From NCBI GenBank assembly GCA_012295275.1, contig CM022676.1, positions 2,046,001-2,110,000 on the forward strand: 64,000 nt of DNA, written 5' to 3'. The translations under genes and the position numbers were made by a program. This DNA is from Chrysomallon squamiferum. Its lineage: Eukaryota; Animalia; Mollusca. The notes under the pieces were generated by a model. It made no database searches and was not told the DNA's origin. It saw only the letters and a list, made by a program, of their open reading frames with translations. Position 1 is the first letter of the stretch; every line of letters starts with the position of its first letter. Shown here piece by piece: positions 58,778 through 64,000 of the stretch.

Positions 58778-60163
58778 ATGACTGAACCGAAATTACGTCG
58801 CACAGATTATTCACGCAGTTCTGACAGATGGCAGAGAGGGAAATCACTAGGTGAATGTTTCCTGCATTCACTTGACAACAAGATTATCTGTGACGTCACA
58901 TCCCTTGTTGGGCCGAAAAAATCACCTATAGAAGCGCATAAAACAATTTTGAGTCTGCGCAGTAGCGTCTTTCTGGCCATGTTCAAATGGCCAGTAAAGG
59001 AGCAAAATAATATTGTTATCCCTGATGTGGATCCAGATATTTTTAAAGAATTTCTCAAGTGAGTGAAATAGTTTTCTTCCTCTTGCTCTTATTATTGTTA
59101 TCATCTTTCTTGTTGTTGTTCTTGGTAGTGTTATATTATTATTGTCATTGTCATTAATATATATATATTGTTCTTGTTCTTATTTTTGTACTTCTTCTTC
59201 TTCTTCTTCTTCTATAATAAATAGGTTTTATCGAATCAGTGATATATATAAAACAGCGTCATTACTATCGAATTAATCTTATAATTTTATATTCCTAAAA
59301 TAATCGTAATAATACATTTCTTTCAAAACTAATTTTATTCCTAAAACATGTTGAGTTTCTTGAAGAATACTGTTTCTACGCCTTTCTAGACATTCTTTGT
59401 GACATTCTAGAAATGAATAATCCAACAATTATTATTATTATTATTATTATTATTATTTTTATTTTTTTATTTTTTTTTACATTTTTCTAGTTTCGTGTAT
59501 AGTGACAAAGTCAAAATCAATGACTGCACTGTCGCCGGACTTCTCTATCTGTCCAAGAAGTACGATATCGAAAGACTTGAGGAGATGTGTTTGAGATATT
59601 TGGAGACGTCGATTACAGCAGAAACTGCGTGCAGAGTAATGGAGCAAGCTCACTTTTATGAAGAGAAGACTCTGAAGAAAGCCGCTTTGACCTGCATACT
59701 ACAGAATGGTGATGTCGCTCTGAAATCACCCAACTTCAGTCAGCTGTGTCGCCGCTGCTTGATTGAGATTATTCAGTCAGACGAACTAAGGGTAAATGAA
59801 GAGGTCGTGTTTGAGTCTGTTTTAGCGTGGAGCAAGTCAGCGTGTAAGAGTCTCGCAAAGAAGTTCGGTTTTGAGAACAGAAGAGCAGTCCTGGGGGATG
59901 CTGTGTGGCTCGTCAGGTATCCATTGATGTCTCACAAATATTTTGTTTACAACGTGTCGTCTGCTGGAATTCTAACTGAATCCGAGGAGCTGAAAATAAC
60001 CAAGTGGTTTTTGTGTCCAGAGAGAGACGTTTCACCGTTTATTGCTAAACCAAGACAATGTAGGAAATCCGATACTGAACGGAGCTCTACGATAGCCTCA
60101 CCGATACCTCGTCGCCGGAGATACTCAAGAGAGTTTCCTCCATGTAAAACCGTTTATTGCTAA
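58778..60163 (+). CDS. BTB-BACK protein, copy 5 (divergent subfamily), 317 aa; downstream PHR decayed
   Basis: Exons 58778-59058 and 59491-60163 splice in frame (954 nt). PHR relics (FELFG, GTCVSYGQFP) lie out of frame at 60180-60550 with stops and deletions. Confidence 0.75.
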
Positions 60164-62313
60164 AGCAAGACAATCTTGGAAGTCCAAAAAGAGACCGTTA
60201 TCTAAATATTGCTGAAGAGATTTAGATAAGAGTTTTCGGCTTGAACCTCCATGGTAAGCTTGCAAGATTTGAGTTGTTTGGAACTGATAACAACAAACTG
60301 AACGTTTCAAAACCAAATGTTTTGTAACGAAGACGGCAGGTTTACTTTATTTGAGCTTTCCCACTGGTTAAATATTAAAGGTATTGGTTAATAGTAACGA
60401 AAAAATGTTCTGATCCGATGTGGAAATTAGTTTTCTGAGTGGAGATTTGCTTTCCTCGTTTTATTACTTAGTAGCGACAAAGCATAGCAGTAATGAACAG
60501 TAATGGCACATGTGTTTCTTATGGACAGTTTCCTTCAGTGTTCAGACTACTTATCTACTATCACCAGAGCGAATATTACCAGCAAAAAGAATTACTTGAG
60601 ACTGCTGTTATTACCACTAATAATGTTGTTACTGATGTGATTATCTATAAACTGTTGTCACATTTCAGAGAAACACACTTCTGGAAAAATACATTTATAA
60701 AGCTATTTAAATCTATTTCAAAAGCTATTTGTGAGGTAGCTTTTTCAAATAGTTAAAAAAATAACAACAGAATGAAATTTAAAAAGAATTAATGGAATTA
60801 AAAATTAAAACATAAACAAACGAAAAATAACAAACGTTTGGAAAATAACCCATCATATCCTTTAAAAACATTAAAAAATAACTTAAAACACGTTCGTACA
60901 TTTTATTGAATTAATTCGAAAATCCTTCGGAAACATAATTTTATACAGCCATATTATTCAGAAAATCGGGTAGAGACTAAAATGTCTTTTAGAATCAGGT
61001 TCCTCCTGGAATTTTCATAGTAATATAAGTTAAACTATTGTTCATTCATGATTTTACAAATGTTACTAACTCATAACATGTTTTGTGTTTGGCTGACATA
61101 CTGGTTTTTACATAAGTTATCAAATCAAAACAATTCTGGAATCACTTTCCAGATTAGTTCGGATTTGGTATTCAATTTTGTTTAGTTCGCTACTGAATGT
61201 AGACTGAGTCTTATGATTGGGACTTTATATGGTTTAAAAGTCTATGTTGGATCCAAGGGTTTTTTAAATTCTCTAACTGTTTAAATTTAATTTGTCTTAG
61301 AACTCGTTTAGAAAACATCTCGATTTCCCCATACGAAATAAGACTGAATATGTCTTACTAATGTGTTCTTTGTTATTCGAATTTCTGTGGACCCTAATGA
61401 ACTGAGATTTAACGATACCTTGAAACGTGTGATGAGGTTATAATGATTTATAATCAGCAGTTGATGTTTGTCCTGGGTTTACAAAATACTTTATTATCTA
61501 AATACTTCGATTTCAACCTGTATACCTTTATGAGGCATTACATCCCAAAAGTCTGCAGTCTGATCTGATCTTTTAGTTCTGTATTATCATTTTGTTATTT
61601 GAATAATGTGTTAATTTTCTAACATTTTTGTAAGTTTTAACGATCTCGGGATTTATCTTTGAACGATGTGTTTTTCTGTGAAGAGTGATTTTTCTTTAGT
61701 TGATTTTATAAAGTAACCGGCTAATTTCATTTTATGTCTATAACACCGTTATCGAAAACTGAGTGTTTGGGCTTGCAGGGAGGGATCAAAATTAAAGCCT
61801 TAGTCCAGTACTGACTTTTCATCTTTCTTAACTGGTTTATGCTAATTGAATGATTTTGGTATTTAAAGTTTATTTCGGTATTTAAAATTATGTTTTCTGG
61901 CAGTCATTTAATTTTATAATTAGTGACCTTTGTTCTATCATGATTAAAGTTGGCTGGATAGCATTCTCCTTCGACCTGATCACGTTTATCTACATTTATC
62001 TAGATTTAAGTAATTCGAACGATTTCAGGCAGGCTCATTGTATTTTATCAGACACTTTGTGTCAGTGTTTATAAACTTTAGAGGACTAAAATTTCATATA
62101 ATGAGATATTTTAGAGCATCGGCGAACGATGTTGGTAGTTGATTAACTTTAACAGATGGAGCGGTGAGCGAGGCTTGGAGTTTAGGTTTAGAAACTGGTG
62201 GGGTAGCCTTTAAATTTGGACGTTTACACCCGGTTCTAATCGGTTTTAGAAAGACGCCGTTTTGGTTCATTTGCACGGGTAGTTCCATTTTCTGTTGATG
62301 GGATTATTCACTC

Positions 62314-62344
<31 letters not shown>

Positions 62345-62855
62345 GATTCCCTGCAAAAACCCTTGGAACACAATTTACAAATTCCGATAGTTTAGTTGCT
62401 TTTCTTTCTTCCGCACTTTATCGCATTGTATTTAGCTTCATCTAACTGACATTTATTTATTTAAGTAAACATTTTTAGGTAATTTAACAATGTTGATTTC
62501 AGGAATCGTTTTATGACATTTTTCGATAAAATGTATAACAATAAACACTGTTCTACTGTGAAATAATAATAAACAATAATAATATCATCATCATCTTTTT
62601 TTATTACTATTGTTACTATTGCTACGATTACTACTGCTCCTACTACTACTACTACTCTTTTAGTTATTATTATTGTTATTACTACTATTATTATTAGTAG
62701 TAGTAGTAGTATTTTCTATTTGAATTATCATTATTTTCTATTTTATTTATTATTATTTCTTTTTATATAAAAAATCTTATTAAGGGAAAAGATTACATAA
62801 ATAAAAATAAAACAAGAAATGGTGCTAAAAATACACGTTTTAATGAAATAAATTG

Positions 62856-62892
<37 letters not shown>

Positions 62893-64000
62893 AACTCTCT
62901 TGAAAAGAACGAGGTCAAATTCTCGATTCGATAAAAATTATTATATAATATTTTAATATCTCAGGAATTAGTTTGTATTATTCTTCATAAATATTTTACT
63001 GATATTCGTTTACATTATTTAAATAATAAGAATGTAGCACTCACTCATTCTCTCTCTATCTATCTATCTGTCTGTGTATCTATGTGACACACAAACACAC
63101 TCACTCTCACACACATACACACATAAAAACACACACATTAAAAGCATTTACTTGTAAAGAGTATGAAAAAGACAATAAAATGAATCATATTTATGATAAT
63201 AATTTGAAAATAACAGAATACTGCAGTTTTAACATTCGATAATTTCAGTTGTTTTTGGTCTCCAGATTCAAGCTTTACTGTGATAAATACCGTGATGGAA
63301 GTTCATTATATTATTTTATATCTCTAAAAAGGTGAGATAACTGTATGAACTTTTTTGTGTATCAAATTGATAAAATTATTTGTAAGCTTAGGTAGATAGA
63401 TAGATAGATAGATAGCAAATTAATTAATTAATACCTATCTTTTAATCAACAAAGTAATGGCACATCATTTTCAGGGGAGAACATTATTATTATCAAATGT
63501 AGTTATAGAATAGATTATTACCTCACGACTAATGGTGAAGTTGACACATTAGTTTTTATTTTACATATAAATTTTCTCTAATAATCAGTTGAAAGCAGTA
63601 ATATTCCACTCTAAATCAAATCGTGAGTCTTCCAGTTAGTCAGTGAACAAATGACGATGTAAGAGTTTCACGTGACACTTGTGTAGATCAGATTACACTC
63701 AGCGATATTAAAAATAGAATTTTTTGTGTAAACTTTTCCATTGTCAGACGTATTAACTGTTTATCAAGAAGATGTAACATGAAGTTCTAGAACGTAATTA
63801 GTATACGAATATAATAATAATAGTAGTAGTAATAATAATAATAATAAGAATAATGAATAATAAATAAAAATAAAAGATCTTCATGCGTAGACTTTTGAAT
63901 TACATGCATTCTTGATACGTTAAAAGAGATTATTTTCGCCAAAGATGATGAAGATGATGATGATGATAAGATATACAAAACTACACTTAGAAAATTTACA
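59491..64000 (+). other. Segmental duplication of 50168-53560
   Basis: Collinear shared anchors: AATCCTTCGGAAAC, AAAGTAACCGGCTAATTTCAT, GCATCGGCGAAC, CACTTTATCGCATTG, TCACGTGACACTT, CATGAAGTTCTAGAACGTAATTA. Confidence 0.85.

Overview
AT-rich, microsatellite-dense animal genomic DNA with spliceosomal introns and (TTAGGG)n-type repeats, most consistent with a lophotrochozoan, probably a mollusc (inference). From left to right: (1) the 3' part of an intronless, higher-GC, transposon-like ORF of unknown family; (2) three minus-strand BTB-BACK-PHR (BTBD1/2/3/6-like) paralogs, one intact, one with a single frameshift, one decayed and mosaic, with a Gypsy gag remnant in the last one's 5'UTR intron; (3) four 4-exon secreted C-type lectin genes, two intact and two pseudogenes, one of which has an exon-derived 24-bp minisatellite, with an internally deleted Tc1/mariner element among them; (4) a ~9.8-kb interstitial telomeric and telomere-derived satellite block; (5) three plus-strand BTB-BACK-(PHR) copies in a ~10-kb tandem duplication. 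The most striking feature is a promoter/first-exon module repeated upstream of five of the six BTB copies (missing only for the 50.2-kb exon-2 fragment). It carries an ISRE (GAAACAGAAACT), a STAT/GAS site (TTCTCGGAA), an ETS core (AGGAAGT) and a splice donor. Several copies have near-identical BTB ends but divergent or mosaic PHR ends. Together this suggests a possible interferon-like inducible, diversifying Cul3-adaptor family. All calls were made by eye, without database searches.
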